Shown here piece by piece: positions 54,453-64,000 of a DNA stretch of 64,000 nucleotides. The notes beneath the pieces were generated by a model that was not told the DNA's origin, searched no databases, and was given only the letters and a program-made list of their open reading frames with translations. The DNA is from Syntrophaceae bacterium (GTDB lineage: Bacteria > Desulfobacterota > SM23-61): contig JACAEW010000211.1 of the NCBI GenBank assembly GCA_013388675.1, positions 42,649 through 106,648 on the forward strand, written 5' to 3'. Each line of letters starts with the position of its first letter. Positions within the stretch are counted from its first letter, which is position 1. A program made the translations under genes and the position numbers.

Positions 54453-56429
54453 ATGGCAGAAGAGAAGAAAACCATTACCAGCATGATGGAGGAGAAACGG
54501 GTTTTCCCTCCCAGCAAAGAATTCAGCTCCAAGGCCCACATCAAAAGCTTGGAGGAGTACAAGAAAATGTATGACCGGTCCATCCGGGACCCCGAAGGCT
54601 TCTGGGGGGAGCAGGGGCAAAACCTGGAGTGGTTTAAAAAATGGGACAAAGTCCTGGATTATAGCTTTGGCGATAACCTGTACATCAAGTGGTTCCAGGG
54701 CGGAAAGCTCAATGTCACCGTGAACTGTCTGGACCGGCACCTCAAGACTCACCGGAAAAACAAGATCGCTCTGATCTGGGAGGGCGAACCAGCGGGGGAC
54801 AGACGGAAGTACACCTACCAGCAGTTGTACGAAGAGGTCTGCAAGTTTGCCAATGTGCTCAAAAAGAGGGGCGTCAAGAAGGGCGATCGGGTGACCATCT
54901 ACATGCCCATGATTCCCGAACTTCCCATCGCCCTCCTGGCCTGCGCCCGCATCGGAGCCATCCACAGCATCGTCTTCGGCGGGTTCAGCGCCGACTCCCT
55001 GAGGGACCGCATCCTGGATGCCAACGCCACCGTTTTAATCACCACCGACGCCAGCTACCGCAGCGGCAAAGTCATCGGGCTGAAGAACAACGCCGACCAG
55101 GCCCTGGCCAGTTGCCCGGGGGTCAAGACGGTCATCGTCTATGACCGCACCCATACCAAGATCGATATGAAAGCGGGACGGGACTTATGGTGGCATGAAG
55201 AAATGGCGGCCCGGGATATCAAGCCGGAGTGCCCGCCCGAAGTCATGGACGCGGAAGACCCCCTCTTCATGCTCTATACCTCCGGCTCCACCGGCAAACC
55301 TAAAGGGGTTCTCCATACCCAGGCAGGATACATCCTGTATGTCATGACTACCTTCAAATGGATCTTCGACTACAAGGAGGAGGACATTTTCTGGTGCACC
55401 GCCGACATTGGCTGGGTCACCGGCCACAGTTACATCGTCTACGGTCCCTTGGCCGCCGGGGCTACCAGCCTCATGTTCGAGGGGGTCCCCAACTATCCCA
55501 AACCTGACCGCTTCTGGGAGATCGTGGAGAAGTACAAGGTCAATATTTTCTACACCGCTCCCACCGCGCTGCGGGCCATGATGCGCGATGGGGACCAGTG
55601 GCCCCTCGGGCGGGATCTATCGTCCCTGCGCCTCCTCGGCACCGTGGGAGAGCCCATCAATCCCGAGGCCTGGATGTGGTATTACAAGGTCATCGGCAAA
55701 GAAAAATGCCCCATCGTCGATACCTGGTGGCAGACGGAGACCGGAGGCGTGCTGATCACCCCCCTGCCGGGCGCCTGGCCGATCAAACCCGGGTCGGCCA
55801 CCAAGCCCTTCCCGGGGGTGGACGCCGCGGTCATCCGGGAGGACGGCTCGACGGCCGGCCCCAACGAAGGCGGATACCTGGTGATCCGGAAGCCCTGGCC
55901 GGGGATGATGCGGACGATATACGGACAGCATGAACGCTTCAAGGAGACTTACTTCGTTCAGTTCCCCGGTCTTTACTTCACGGGCGACGGAGCCCGGGTG
56001 GATGAGGACGGGGATTTCTGGCTCATGGGCCGGGTGGACGATGTCATCAATGTCTCCGGGCACCGGATCGTGACCGCGGAAGTGGAGAGCGCGCTGGTAA
56101 GCCATCCGGCCGTTGCCGAAGCCGCGGTCGTGGGAATGCCCCACGACATCAAAGGGCAGGGGATTTACGCCTTTGTCACCGTGAAAGCCGGCCAGAAAAA
56201 GTCGGATGAACTCAAGAAGGCCCTGGTGGCCCACGTGCGCAAGGAGATCGGCCCGATTGCCACGCCGGACAAGCTCCAGTTTGCCGACGGGCTTCCCAAG
56301 ACTCGAAGCGGAAAGATCATGCGGCGGATCCTGAAGAAGATTGCCGCCGGAGAGGTGAGCGAACTGGGCGATACCACCACCCTGGCCGACCCCTCCGTGG
56401 TGCAGACTCTGGTATCCGAAAGACAGTAG
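54453..56429 (+). CDS. acs: Acetyl-CoA synthetase (acetate--CoA ligase)
   Basis: 658 aa with [20 protein letters not shown] and a C-terminal [11 protein letters not shown]. Confidence 0.95.
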   Translation: MAEEKKTITSMMEEKRVFPPSKEFSSKAHIKSLEEYKKMYDRSIRDPEGFWGEQGQNLEWFKKWDKVLDYSFGDNLYIKWFQGGKLNVTVNCLDRHLKTHRKNKIALIWEGEPAGDRRKYTYQQLYEEVCKFANVLKKRGVKKGDRVTIYMPMIPELPIALLACARIGAIHSIVFGGFSADSLRDRILDANATVLITTDASYRSGKVIGLKNNADQALASCPGVKTVIVYDRTHTKIDMKAGRDLWWHEEMAARDIKPECPPEVMDAEDPLFMLYTSGSTGKPKGVLHTQAGYILYVMTTFKWIFDYKEEDIFWCTADIGWVTGHSYIVYGPLAAGATSLMFEGVPNYPKPDRFWEIVEKYKVNIFYTAPTALRAMMRDGDQWPLGRDLSSLRLLGTVGEPINPEAWMWYYKVIGKEKCPIVDTWWQTETGGVLITPLPGAWPIKPGSATKPFPGVDAAVIREDGSTAGPNEGGYLVIRKPWPGMMRTIYGQHERFKETYFVQFPGLYFTGDGARVDEDGDFWLMGRVDDVINVSGHRIVTAEVESALVSHPAVAEAAVVGMPHDIKGQGIYAFVTVKAGQKKSDELKKALVAHVRKEIGPIATPDKLQFADGLPKTRSGKIMRRILKKIAAGEVSELGDTTTLADPSVVQTLVSERQ

Positions 56430-56512
56430 CCTTTGGAGGGAACCAAAAAATAAGGGGAGCCGGTCCCAACCAGGAACCCGCTCCCCTCGTTATATTCAGG
56501 AGGCTTTTTTTC

Positions 56513-57763
56513 ATGGCAGTTCAACAAAGCACGGTTTCGCCGGGGCCCGGCCAAAAATCCGGTTGGATCGTTACCTTCGCCGGGACGGGCATTAACCTGG
56601 CCCTGGGGGTTCTTTACGCCTGGTCGGTTATCTCCAAACAAATAACTAAAGAATGGGGATGGAACGAGACGCAGGCGGCGATTCCCTACTCCGTGGCCAT
56701 CGCGGTTTTCGCTTTCATGATGGTCCCGGCCGGAAGGATGCAGGACAAGCTCGGACCTCGGCTGGTGGCTACCCTGGGAGGAATTTTTTGCGGAATCGGA
56801 TTCATCCTTGCCAGCCTGGGCCAGTCCCTGATCGGGATGGTTTTGGGGTTTGGAATCCTCGCCGGGGCGGGAATCGGGTTCGGCTACGCTTCGGCCACCC
56901 CCCCGGCGGTAAAATGGTTTCCCCCGGCACGAACGGGCTTGATCGCCGGCCTGGTGGTTGCGGGTTTTGGCCTGGCCTCGGTCTATATCGCTCCGCTGGC
57001 CAATTACTTGCTTTTCGCCTTTGGAATTCAGAAAACTTTTTTGATTCTGGGCATTGCCTTTTTCCTGGTGGTGGTGCTCCTGTCCCAGCTTCTGCGGAAT
57101 CCCCCCGCCGGGTACAAACCCTCCGGCAACCCCCCACCGGCAAAGGCCGGCTCCCCCCCAAAAGCTCAGGCCGCGGCGGTCGATTACGAATGGACCTAGA
57201 TGGTCCGAACCCCTCAGTTCTACCTCCTATGGATAATGTTTGTCTTTGGCGCAGGAGCGGGCTTGATGATCATCGGGAAACTGGCCAAGATCGTGGACCT
57301 TCAGGCCGGGATCAAGGCCGGCTTTATCTTTGTGGCCATGCTGGCCATCGGAAACGCGGGGGGCAGGATTGCGGCGGGAGTCCTGTCCGACAAGATCGGA
57401 CGGACTTGGACTCTGTTTATCGTTTTCGTTTTCCAGGCGCTTCTCATGTTTATCCTGCGAGGGTTGGACACCTATGCCACCCTTTTTCTGGCTTCCGTGT
57501 TAATCGGGTTTAACTACGGCGCCAACTTATCTCTCTTCCCTTCGACGACCAAAGACTACTTCGGTTTGAAGAATTTCGGGGTTAATTACGGGCTGGTCTT
57601 CACGGCCTGGGGCGTGGGGGGCATCCTGGGGCCCATGCTGAGCGGCTGGATCTTCGACGCGAACCAGAATTTCGATTCCGCCTATTTGATCGCCGCCATC
57701 TGCCTGCTGGTCGCTGCAGGGCTGACTTTTGTCACCCGGGCGCCGAAGGCCAAGCCCCAATAA
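56513..57763 (+). pseudogene. MFS transporter (oxalate/formate antiporter-like) split by an in-frame TAG at 57197-57199
   Basis: ORFs 56513..57199 and 57200..57763 share one frame. The junction reads ...AAVDYEWT*MVRTPQFYLLWIMF, which falls in the central loop between the two six-TM halves. Confidence 0.7.
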
Positions 57764-57895
57764 GAATTTTGAACCCGCCGCCCTTGGAAGAAAAGCTGGG
57801 CATGGAGGCTCTTTTTTTCTGATGCCCAGAGAAAGAAAAACCCCCTTCTCGAATTATTTCGAGAAGGGGTTTTTGATCCGCAGTCGCGAAGAGGG

Positions 57896-58180
57896 CTACT
57901 TGGCCATTTGGGCGGCGGGCACCAGCTTACCGGCATAAACCGCTTTTTCAACCGGCCTGGAAGGTTTTTCCCGTTTCTTCAGGTCGGCCAGCCAAAAGCA
58001 AATATAAGAGATCGCCACCATAGCCACAGAGACCCCAATCACTCCCAGGATGATGGAATAAAATTTCGCCTGTTTGGCCACGATGGGATAACCGAGAATT
58101 TCGCCGGCATAAGAACTGGAAGCCAACCCGATCAGGATCATGGCAACCGTTATCGCTAGGGATGATTTTTTCATTTTCAT
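57896..58180 (-). CDS. Small (94 aa) membrane protein with two hydrophobic segments; function unknown
   Basis: ATG preceded by GGAGGAGGA. A sigma-54 promoter lies 45-60 nt upstream. Confidence 0.6.
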   Translation of the reverse strand: MKMKKSSLAITVAMILIGLASSSYAGEILGYPIVAKQAKFYSIILGVIGVSVAMVAISYICFWLADLKKREKPSRPVEKAVYAGKLVPAAQMAK

Positions 58181-58225
58181 TTCCTCCTCCCCTGTGCTCC
58201 CTCTCTACCCTTTAATCTTCTTTTC

Positions 58226-58241
58226 AGCAAACGGCATGCCA
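58226..58241 (-). promoter_or_regulatory. Sigma-54 (-24/-12) promoter
   Basis: The minus strand reads TGGCAT-GCCGT-TTGCT, with correct spacing, upstream of the 94-aa ORF. Confidence 0.65.
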
Positions 58242-59037
58242 TGGCCCATGGGATCCCCGAAAAGATATGCAATTTTAATTAAGTATTTAATAATATTATT
58301 ATTTTTAAATTTATTTGAAAATTGCGGAGAAAACCTATTACCCATGGAATGATAACAGTATGACAAATGAATGATTATTCATTCGGGACATTATTTCATT
58401 TTTGACAAAAAATCACTAAATATCATTTTTTAATTTGACAAGATGACAAATAATATTCATTCCCCTGATTTACCCGCAGAATTGTTTTTCATGACCCCCC
58501 ATAAAGCTTTCCATACCGTCACCCGGAGATCACCTGGGTCTAAAACCCCTAGACCCCAATAGTGTTTCCACTTTCGCCGGATTGCCAGATTTTTTGAATT
58601 ACCGGCTTTCGCAAGGCCGTCTTTCTTTGATTGTTGAATGAGAGTTTGTCCGTAAATAATTTCGCCCCTTTGCAAACTGGGAAGGTGGGAAAAAATTGGG
58701 TTCTGTCGTCGAGCCGTTATTGCAGGCGAAAGCCGGAATCCAATATTTTCAATGATTTAAAAACTTCCTGGGTCCCGGGTTTCACCGGGGTGAAGACCAA
58801 AATTCATTTTTTTCTAAGCGATAAACGCAAAGCTTTTTTTCATTCTTGGCTTCAGACTCCTTCCAAGCAGGAACGCTGCCTTTTCATGGCCGTCCGGGCT
58901 ATTGTTCCAGGGGAAAGAAACTGGAGTTCGTCGACGACCCCCGAGAAAAATCCCCCGACCTTCAGAAAAGATTCGGAGGGGCTAAAGAGTTTGAGATTTT
59001 TTCCCCCCTTTGATATATTGAATCGGGGGACAGACCG

Positions 59038-61863
59038 TTGAAATCCTTCCGCGACTGGAAAATCCGTTCCAAGTTGATCACTTTCACTCTTTTGCTCGCC
59101 CTCCTGCCCATGGGGGTCGCGGCAATCGTATCTCTGCAGAGATTTACCGAGGATTTAAAGCAAGCCTACGAGTCGGACCTAGATCATATCGTTACCAACA
59201 TTCATGCCATGTGCCGGGCCCAGCAGGAACTTCTGCAAAACAAGCTTACCTCGGACCTGCAGAACGCCCGGCGGATTTTCTACCGAAAAGGCCATCGCAT
59301 TCAGATATCCCCCGGACGGATGGTGGAATTCGATGCGGAGGACCAATTTTCCAAGGAAATCACTCGGGTCCGGGTTCCTTTTTGGTCCATTGCCGGCCAG
59401 GCGATCACCCGGGATTATGTCCTGGTGGATGAGGTCCAACAGCTGGTCGGAGGGACCTGCACCGTCTTCCAGCGGATCCAGGGCGACCGGCTCTTGCGAA
59501 TTTCGACCAACGTCCTCCGGTCCGATGGGAGCCGGGCAGTGGGTACCTATTTGCCGGCCGCCAGCGAAGTTACCCGCACCATTCTCCGCGGAGAAACCTA
59601 CCGCGGACGGGCTTTCGTGGTGAATGACTGGTACATCACCGCCTACGAGCCGATTTTGGATGAAAAAAAGGAGGTCATCGGGGCTCTTTACGTGGGGGTT
59701 CCGGAACAAAGGGCGGTGGCTTTAAAAACGGCCATCAAAACGATTAAGATCGGAAAAACCGGCTACGCTTTTATCATGGACAGTTCGGGACGACTCGTGG
59801 TCCATCCGGCCAAAGAGGGGGAAACAATCCTGGGGGCCAAGGATTCGTCGGGCTTCGAGTACATCAAAGAGATGGTCCGGGTGGCTCCCCTTTTGAAAGA
59901 GAACGAGGTGGCCACCCTCCGTTACCCCTGGGTCAATGTGGAGTTGGGAGAAACCGCTCCCCGGATGAAGATCAACAAATATTTGTATTTCCGGGACTGG
60001 GATTGGATCATCGCGGCGGGCAGCTACGAGGAGGAGGTCTTCGAAGGGGTGGCCCGGACCAAGTTTTTCATCACCCTCGTAGCTCTGGGGACGGTGGCCC
60101 TGGCAATCCTGCTCACGATCATGCTTTCCCGGGTCCTCACGCGGCCGCTGCAGCAGCTCACCGAGATGACCGCCCGCATGGCCGACGGGGACCTGACCCA
60201 AAAAGTCAACCTCGGCGGGGACGATGAAATCGGTACCCTGTCCCGCTCCTTTAACCGCATGGCCGATCAGGTCCGGAATCAAACCCGGAACCTGGAGGCG
60301 ATCGTCCAGGCACGCACCCAGGAGATTCAGCAAAAGGAGGAAGAATACCGGAATCTGTCCCGGCTGCTCAACAGCGTTCTGGAGAGTTCCACAGAATATT
60401 CGATCATGGCCACGGACCCCAATGGAGTGATCCTGCAGTACAACAGCGGATCGGTGAAACTCTTCGGGTGGAGCAAAGAAGAAGTGATCGGCAAGATGCG
60501 CATCAGCCGGACCTTCTGGAAAGACGACCGGTCGCGGGGCCTGATCCGGGTGATCTCCCGCAAGGTGGAAGAGGAAGGAATGACCGAATACCAGGTGGAG
60601 CGGGTGCGGAAGGACGGAACCCTTTTTACCGCCCACGGCATCGTGACCTCGCTCAAAGACCCCTCGGGGAAGACCCTGGGGTTTGTGGAAATTGCCCGGG
60701 ACATCACCGAAAAAATCGCCCTGGAAAAGGAGCTCTGGAAAACCAAGGACCAGCTGGAAAATATCGTCCAGAGTTCGGTGGATGCCATCGTGACCACGGA
60801 CCCCAAGGGAAAGATCACCTTTGTGAACCGGGCTTTTGAGGAGATGGTGGGGAGGTCCCGGGAGGAAATCATCGGCCTTCCCATTTACCAGTTCTACCAG
60901 GACGGCATTGCCGAGGCCCGCCGGATTATGTCCATCCTGCGGGAAAAGGGAACCCTGAAAAACCACGAGACCACCGCCCTCCGGGTGGGCGGCATCGTGC
61001 CCATTTTGACCTCCGCCTCCCTGCTGCGGGAGGAAAAGGGCCAGACCATCGGCACCCTGGGTGTCTTCAAGGACCTGACCGAGAAGAAGAAACTGGAGGA
61101 GGAGCTGCAAAGGACCCAGGCCCACCTGATCCAGGTGGGGAAAATGCGGGCCCTGGGGGACCTTGTGGCCGGGGTTGCCCATGAGCTGAATAACCCTCTC
61201 ATGGCGGCCGACACCTTTCTGCATGTCATTCGGGAAAAACTCAGCCCGGAAGATGAAAACCAAAGGCGCCTGGAATTGATCCAAAAGTGCCATGACCGGA
61301 TCGCCAAGATCATCAACCACCTGCGGGACTTTTCGCGGCAATCCGAGTTCGACTTCCGGCCCATCGATGTGACCGAGCCGATCGAGAACGCCCTGATGAT
61401 CACCGGCCAGCAGATGATCAACCATGGCATTCGGATCGTCAAAGAATTTCAACCCGACCTCCCCAAGATCCGGGGGGACTCCAATCAGCTCGAGCAGGTG
61501 TTCCTAAACCTCATCTCCAACGCCAGGGATGCCATGGAAAAGGCGGACCGGAAGAAGGAACTTACCATCGCCGCCTCCCTGATCCGTCATAACGGCTGGA
61601 ATGATGTGGAAGTAATCGTGAAGGACACGGGGACCGGCATCCCCCCCGAAAACCTGGATAAGGTTTTTGAGCCTTTTTTCAGCACCAAGGCGGTGGGCCG
61701 GGGGACGGGCCTGGGTCTTTCCATTTGTTACGGGATCATCGAAGCTCATGGGGGTAAGATCGAGGTGGAGAGCCGGGTGAACGAGGGGACGATCTTCCGG
61801 GTCCTGCTGCCCGTTTTGTCCTCCCAGATGGGGAAAGCTTTGGAATGGGCGGTGGAAGCGTAA
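59038..61863 (+). CDS. Sensor histidine kinase (Cache-like periplasmic domain, HAMP, two PAS, HisKA, HATPase)
   Basis: TTG start. H-box [10 protein letters not shown], and G-boxes DTGTGIPPE and GTGLGLS. The PAS-HisKA part is paralogous to the kinase at 47471..49375. Confidence 0.85.
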   Translation: MKSFRDWKIRSKLITFTLLLALLPMGVAAIVSLQRFTEDLKQAYESDLDHIVTNIHAMCRAQQELLQNKLTSDLQNARRIFYRKGHRIQISPGRMVEFDAEDQFSKEITRVRVPFWSIAGQAITRDYVLVDEVQQLVGGTCTVFQRIQGDRLLRISTNVLRSDGSRAVGTYLPAASEVTRTILRGETYRGRAFVVNDWYITAYEPILDEKKEVIGALYVGVPEQRAVALKTAIKTIKIGKTGYAFIMDSSGRLVVHPAKEGETILGAKDSSGFEYIKEMVRVAPLLKENEVATLRYPWVNVELGETAPRMKINKYLYFRDWDWIIAAGSYEEEVFEGVARTKFFITLVALGTVALAILLTIMLSRVLTRPLQQLTEMTARMADGDLTQKVNLGGDDEIGTLSRSFNRMADQVRNQTRNLEAIVQARTQEIQQKEEEYRNLSRLLNSVLESSTEYSIMATDPNGVILQYNSGSVKLFGWSKEEVIGKMRISRTFWKDDRSRGLIRVISRKVEEEGMTEYQVERVRKDGTLFTAHGIVTSLKDPSGKTLGFVEIARDITEKIALEKELWKTKDQLENIVQSSVDAIVTTDPKGKITFVNRAFEEMVGRSREEIIGLPIYQFYQDGIAEARRIMSILREKGTLKNHETTALRVGGIVPILTSASLLREEKGQTIGTLGVFKDLTEKKKLEEELQRTQAHLIQVGKMRALGDLVAGVAHELNNPLMAADTFLHVIREKLSPEDENQRRLELIQKCHDRIAKIINHLRDFSRQSEFDFRPIDVTEPIENALMITGQQMINHGIRIVKEFQPDLPKIRGDSNQLEQVFLNLISNARDAMEKADRKKELTIAASLIRHNGWNDVEVIVKDTGTGIPPENLDKVFEPFFSTKAVGRGTGLGLSICYGIIEAHGGKIEVESRVNEGTIFRVLLPVLSSQMGKALEWAVEA

Positions 61864-62006
61864 TGGCCAAAGGTTGATTTCCCGCCCCGGGTTCGAGTTC
61901 GGTTCAAATGGGATGATCGCGCCAAAAGAAAAATTTCCCCTCCCCGGAGGGAGGGACTGTATCGCTTTCTTAGAAATCATCGGCCTGAAAAGGTGATAAA
62001 AAGATT

Positions 62007-62372
62007 ATGGGAAAAAAAATTTTGGTCGTGGACGACGACGAGCTGGTTTTAATCGCCATTCAGGAACTACTCACCCCTTTGGGATTTTCCGTGACCGCTC
62101 TGGCCAGCGGAGCCGAGGCCCTGGAGAAGGTTACCCAAAACCAGTTCGACCTTTTAATCCTGGATGTGAGCATGCCGGAGATGACCGGGTTCGAGGTTTG
62201 CCAGAGAGTGCGACAGTTGGAATCCTACGCGGAAGTCCCGGTCCTCATGCTGACCGCCCGGAGCGGCGAAGAGGATCGGCAAAGGGGAATAGAAGCGGGG
62301 GCCAATCTCTACCTGCCCAAGCCCATTTCCCCGAAGAGACTGATTTCCCTAGTGGGGGAAGCGTTAAAATAA
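62007..62372 (+). CDS. Stand-alone response-regulator receiver (CheY-like)
   Basis: ILVVDDDE...LLILDVSMPEMTG...YLPKP, 121 aa. Confidence 0.9.
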   Translation: MGKKILVVDDDELVLIAIQELLTPLGFSVTALASGAEALEKVTQNQFDLLILDVSMPEMTGFEVCQRVRQLESYAEVPVLMLTARSGEEDRQRGIEAGANLYLPKPISPKRLISLVGEALK

Positions 62373-62444
62373 AGGGGAAAAGGACAAAAGGGGAAGGAGG
62401 GAGTTCTTTGCGCCGGATTTTTTCCCCTGTTTGCCTTTTCCCTT
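62372..62444. repeat. Long imperfect inverted repeat (hairpin, possible terminator)
   Basis: AAGGGGAAAAGGACAAAAGGGG (62372-62393) pairs with CCCCTGTTTGCCTTTTCCCTT (62424-62444). Confidence 0.4.
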
Positions 62445-62466
62445 AAATTCAAGGAGGGTTTAATCT

Positions 62467-63792
62467 ATGGAACAGGTGATGGAAAAGGCCCGGGCTTTGC
62501 TGAAGGAATGGAAGGGGGATGCTTACACCTTCGGTTTTGAGGTCCTCGGAAAAACCGGGGACATCGTCGCCCATCATGGGAAGCGGGCCCTCGTAATCGT
62601 GGCCGACCTGGGCCAGGGCTGGATGGCGGGAACCCTGCAAACCATTACCGATTCCCTTCGAGCCCGAGGGGTGGAAACGGAAATCATCATCGGAGCAGGG
62701 CCGAATGCTCCACGGGAGGATGTTTACCGGCTGGGCCTGCACGTCGCCCGGACTCGGCCTGAGGTCATCCTAGCCGTAGGAGGAGGAAGCACCATCGATG
62801 CCGCCAAAGCGGCCAATGTGCTGGCGGCTTTTTCTCCCGAGGAGGTCAAGAAGGCTCTCCAGGCTCCGGACGCTCTCGCCGGCACCATCGATCCCTTTTT
62901 CGGCGTTGGCAACGTCACCAAAGTGAAAGGAATAGCCGCGAAACCTCTCCTGCCCCTGGCGGCGGTGCAGACGGCGGCGAGTTCCGGGGCTCATCTAACG
63001 AAATATTCCAACATTACCGACCTGGTGACCGGACAAAAGAAGCTGATCGTGGATGAAGCCATTGTCCCCCAGGCTTCACTCTTCGATTATAAAGTCACCC
63101 TAGGGTCCCCCATGGACCTGACCCTGGACGGGGGATTGGACGGGATCGCCCACGCGTGGGAGGTGTTCATGGGCGCCACAGGCCAGGCCTATTATGAAAA
63201 AATGAAAGAAGTGGCCAGGGCCTGCCTCTCTCTCATTGTTTACGGTCTGCCCAAAGTCAAAGCCGATCCCAGGGACCGCACCGCCCGGCACTGTCTGGGC
63301 CTGGGAACGGACCTGGGCGGGTACTCGATCATGATCGGCGGAACCAGCGGCCCTCACCTGGGGAGTTTCTCGCTGATCGATGTCCTGACTCACGGGAGGG
63401 CCTGCGCCATCCTCAACCCTTATTATACAGTCCTTTTTGCAACGAAGATCCAGGACCAACTGGGAGTCTTCGCGGAGATTCTGAAGGAGGCCGGGTTCAT
63501 CAAGGCCAAGACGGAAGGGAAAAAGGGCAGGGCGCTGGCCATGCTGGTGGCCAGGGGAATGATCCAGTTTTCCAAAGCCCTCGGTTTCCCCGCAACCCTG
63601 GGAGATGCGGGAGTTTCCAAAGCTCACTTGAAACGCATGATCGCGGCGGCCAAGGATCCCCAGCTCAAGATGAAACTGCAGAACATGCCCACTCCCATGG
63701 AGGCAGAGCGGGGGGACGTGGACAAACTGATGAAACCGACCCTGGACGCGGCCTTTACCGGGGACCTGGAGCTCATTCCGGCAGTAGCATGA
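62467..63792 (+). CDS. Iron-containing (group III) alcohol dehydrogenase
   Basis: AVGGGSTIDAAKAANV, 441 aa, typical Fe-ADH layout. Confidence 0.85.
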   Translation: MEQVMEKARALLKEWKGDAYTFGFEVLGKTGDIVAHHGKRALVIVADLGQGWMAGTLQTITDSLRARGVETEIIIGAGPNAPREDVYRLGLHVARTRPEVILAVGGGSTIDAAKAANVLAAFSPEEVKKALQAPDALAGTIDPFFGVGNVTKVKGIAAKPLLPLAAVQTAASSGAHLTKYSNITDLVTGQKKLIVDEAIVPQASLFDYKVTLGSPMDLTLDGGLDGIAHAWEVFMGATGQAYYEKMKEVARACLSLIVYGLPKVKADPRDRTARHCLGLGTDLGGYSIMIGGTSGPHLGSFSLIDVLTHGRACAILNPYYTVLFATKIQDQLGVFAEILKEAGFIKAKTEGKKGRALAMLVARGMIQFSKALGFPATLGDAGVSKAHLKRMIAAAKDPQLKMKLQNMPTPMEAERGDVDKLMKPTLDAAFTGDLELIPAVA

Positions 63793-63848
63793 ATCCAATG
63801 CGGAATGCAGAATGGGGAATGCGGAATGGGGGGGCGCGGCGCGCCCTT
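63791..63848. repeat. Composite element: GGAATGCGG-type oligomers plus a shortened GC palindrome
   Basis: GAATCCAATGCGGAATGCAGAATGGGGAATGCGGAATGGGGGGGCGCGGCGCGCCCTT begins inside the alcohol dehydrogenase stop codon. Confidence 0.6.
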
Positions 63849-63901
63849 GAAAACTGCCTCGCGTCATCCGGGAATTTCCATTCAAAGGAGAGCCATTCGA
63901 T

Positions 63902-64000
63902 ATGAGACCTGATTTGCTCGAGGTTTTGAAAAGGGTCAAAACCAAAGGCTGGAAGAAGGTGAAGGTGGAGTTCACCGGCGGGCCTTTGGTCGTTTCGGTG
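63902..64000 (+). CDS. 5' end of an unidentified ORF that runs off the window
   Basis: ATG at 63902, with AGGAG 11 nt upstream. The frame is open to the window end (MRPDLLEVLKRVKTKGWKKVKVEF...). It is too short to classify. Confidence 0.3.
   Translation, partial: MRPDLLEVLKRVKTKGWKKVKVEFTGGPLVVSV

Noticed and set aside
473-57199. Hypothesis that TAG is a sense codon (pyrrolysine or reassigned amber) in this organism, prompted by the two in-frame TAGs at 473-475 and 57197-57199.
   Set aside because: I verified that at least eight well-supported genes in the window (livM, livF, crotonase, cobU, cobS, the BtuF-like and BtuD-like genes, tonB) end on TAG at the expected protein C-termini. No pyl genes or suppressor tRNA are visible here. 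Nonsense mutation or sequence error is more parsimonious, though it remains checkable.
59722-61452. 576-aa minus-strand ORF, antisense to the large histidine kinase.
   Set aside because: Same reasoning: it lies entirely inside a kinase gene with clear HAMP, PAS, HisKA and HATPase motifs, and its composition is low-complexity.

Overview
Everything below is read by eye from the sequence and the ORF track. No database search was run, so family names are recollection-based and coordinates of RNA and repeat elements are approximate. The window is a 64-kb chromosomal segment from a fairly GC-rich anaerobe. Gene content suggests a Desulfobacterota or syntroph-like organism: NfnAB, 2-oxoacid:ferredoxin oxidoreductase, a flavodiiron protein, and many sigma-54 enhancer-binding proteins (EBPs). 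Main blocks: (1) 2-6258, an acyl-CoA synthetase carrying an in-frame TAG, followed by a Liv-type ABC transporter. (2) 6.3-10.4 kb, a lipoprotein, NfnAB and a crotonase. (3) 10.7-20.5 kb, a cobalamin riboswitch with terminator followed by the same-strand genes cobU-cobT-cobS-cobC, Btu-type uptake genes, tonB and cobD. (4) 22.2-29.1 kb, a visibly more AT-rich accessory island. It holds a fused nucleotidyltransferase-HEPN (NTase-HEPN) gene, a split MNT/HepT (minimal nucleotidyltransferase antitoxin / HEPN toxin) pair, an ORF6N gene, a decayed type I-C CRISPR-Cas locus (Cas3 HD stub joined to N-truncated cas1, cas2, a single repeat), an unexplained tandem repeat of about 70 nt, a DUF6516-type cassette with a SEC-C protein, and VapBC. 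(5) 29.3-38.7 kb, a metabolic block mostly on the minus strand (aminotransferase, MarC, FprA, KorAB, FAD oxidoreductase, EamA, TctC). (6) DUF58-DUF4129-MoxR, a GNAT acetyltransferase, an SGNH-like hydrolase and a spermidine-synthase-like membrane protein. (7) 46-64 kb, a signalling-dense region (3 histidine kinases, 2 sigma-54 EBPs, 2 stand-alone receivers) around acs and an MFS transporter split by a second in-frame TAG. This region has two near-consensus sigma-54 promoters. Intergenic DNA throughout carries several families of short GC-rich hairpins and degenerate oligomer repeats. I recognised no rRNA, tRNA, transposase or integrase. I found no clearly novel multi-gene system. The best candidates for follow-up are the decayed CRISPR locus with its adjacent tandem repeat, the three-gene DUF6516/SEC-C cassette, the two in-frame TAG codons, and the sigma-54-controlled small membrane protein.
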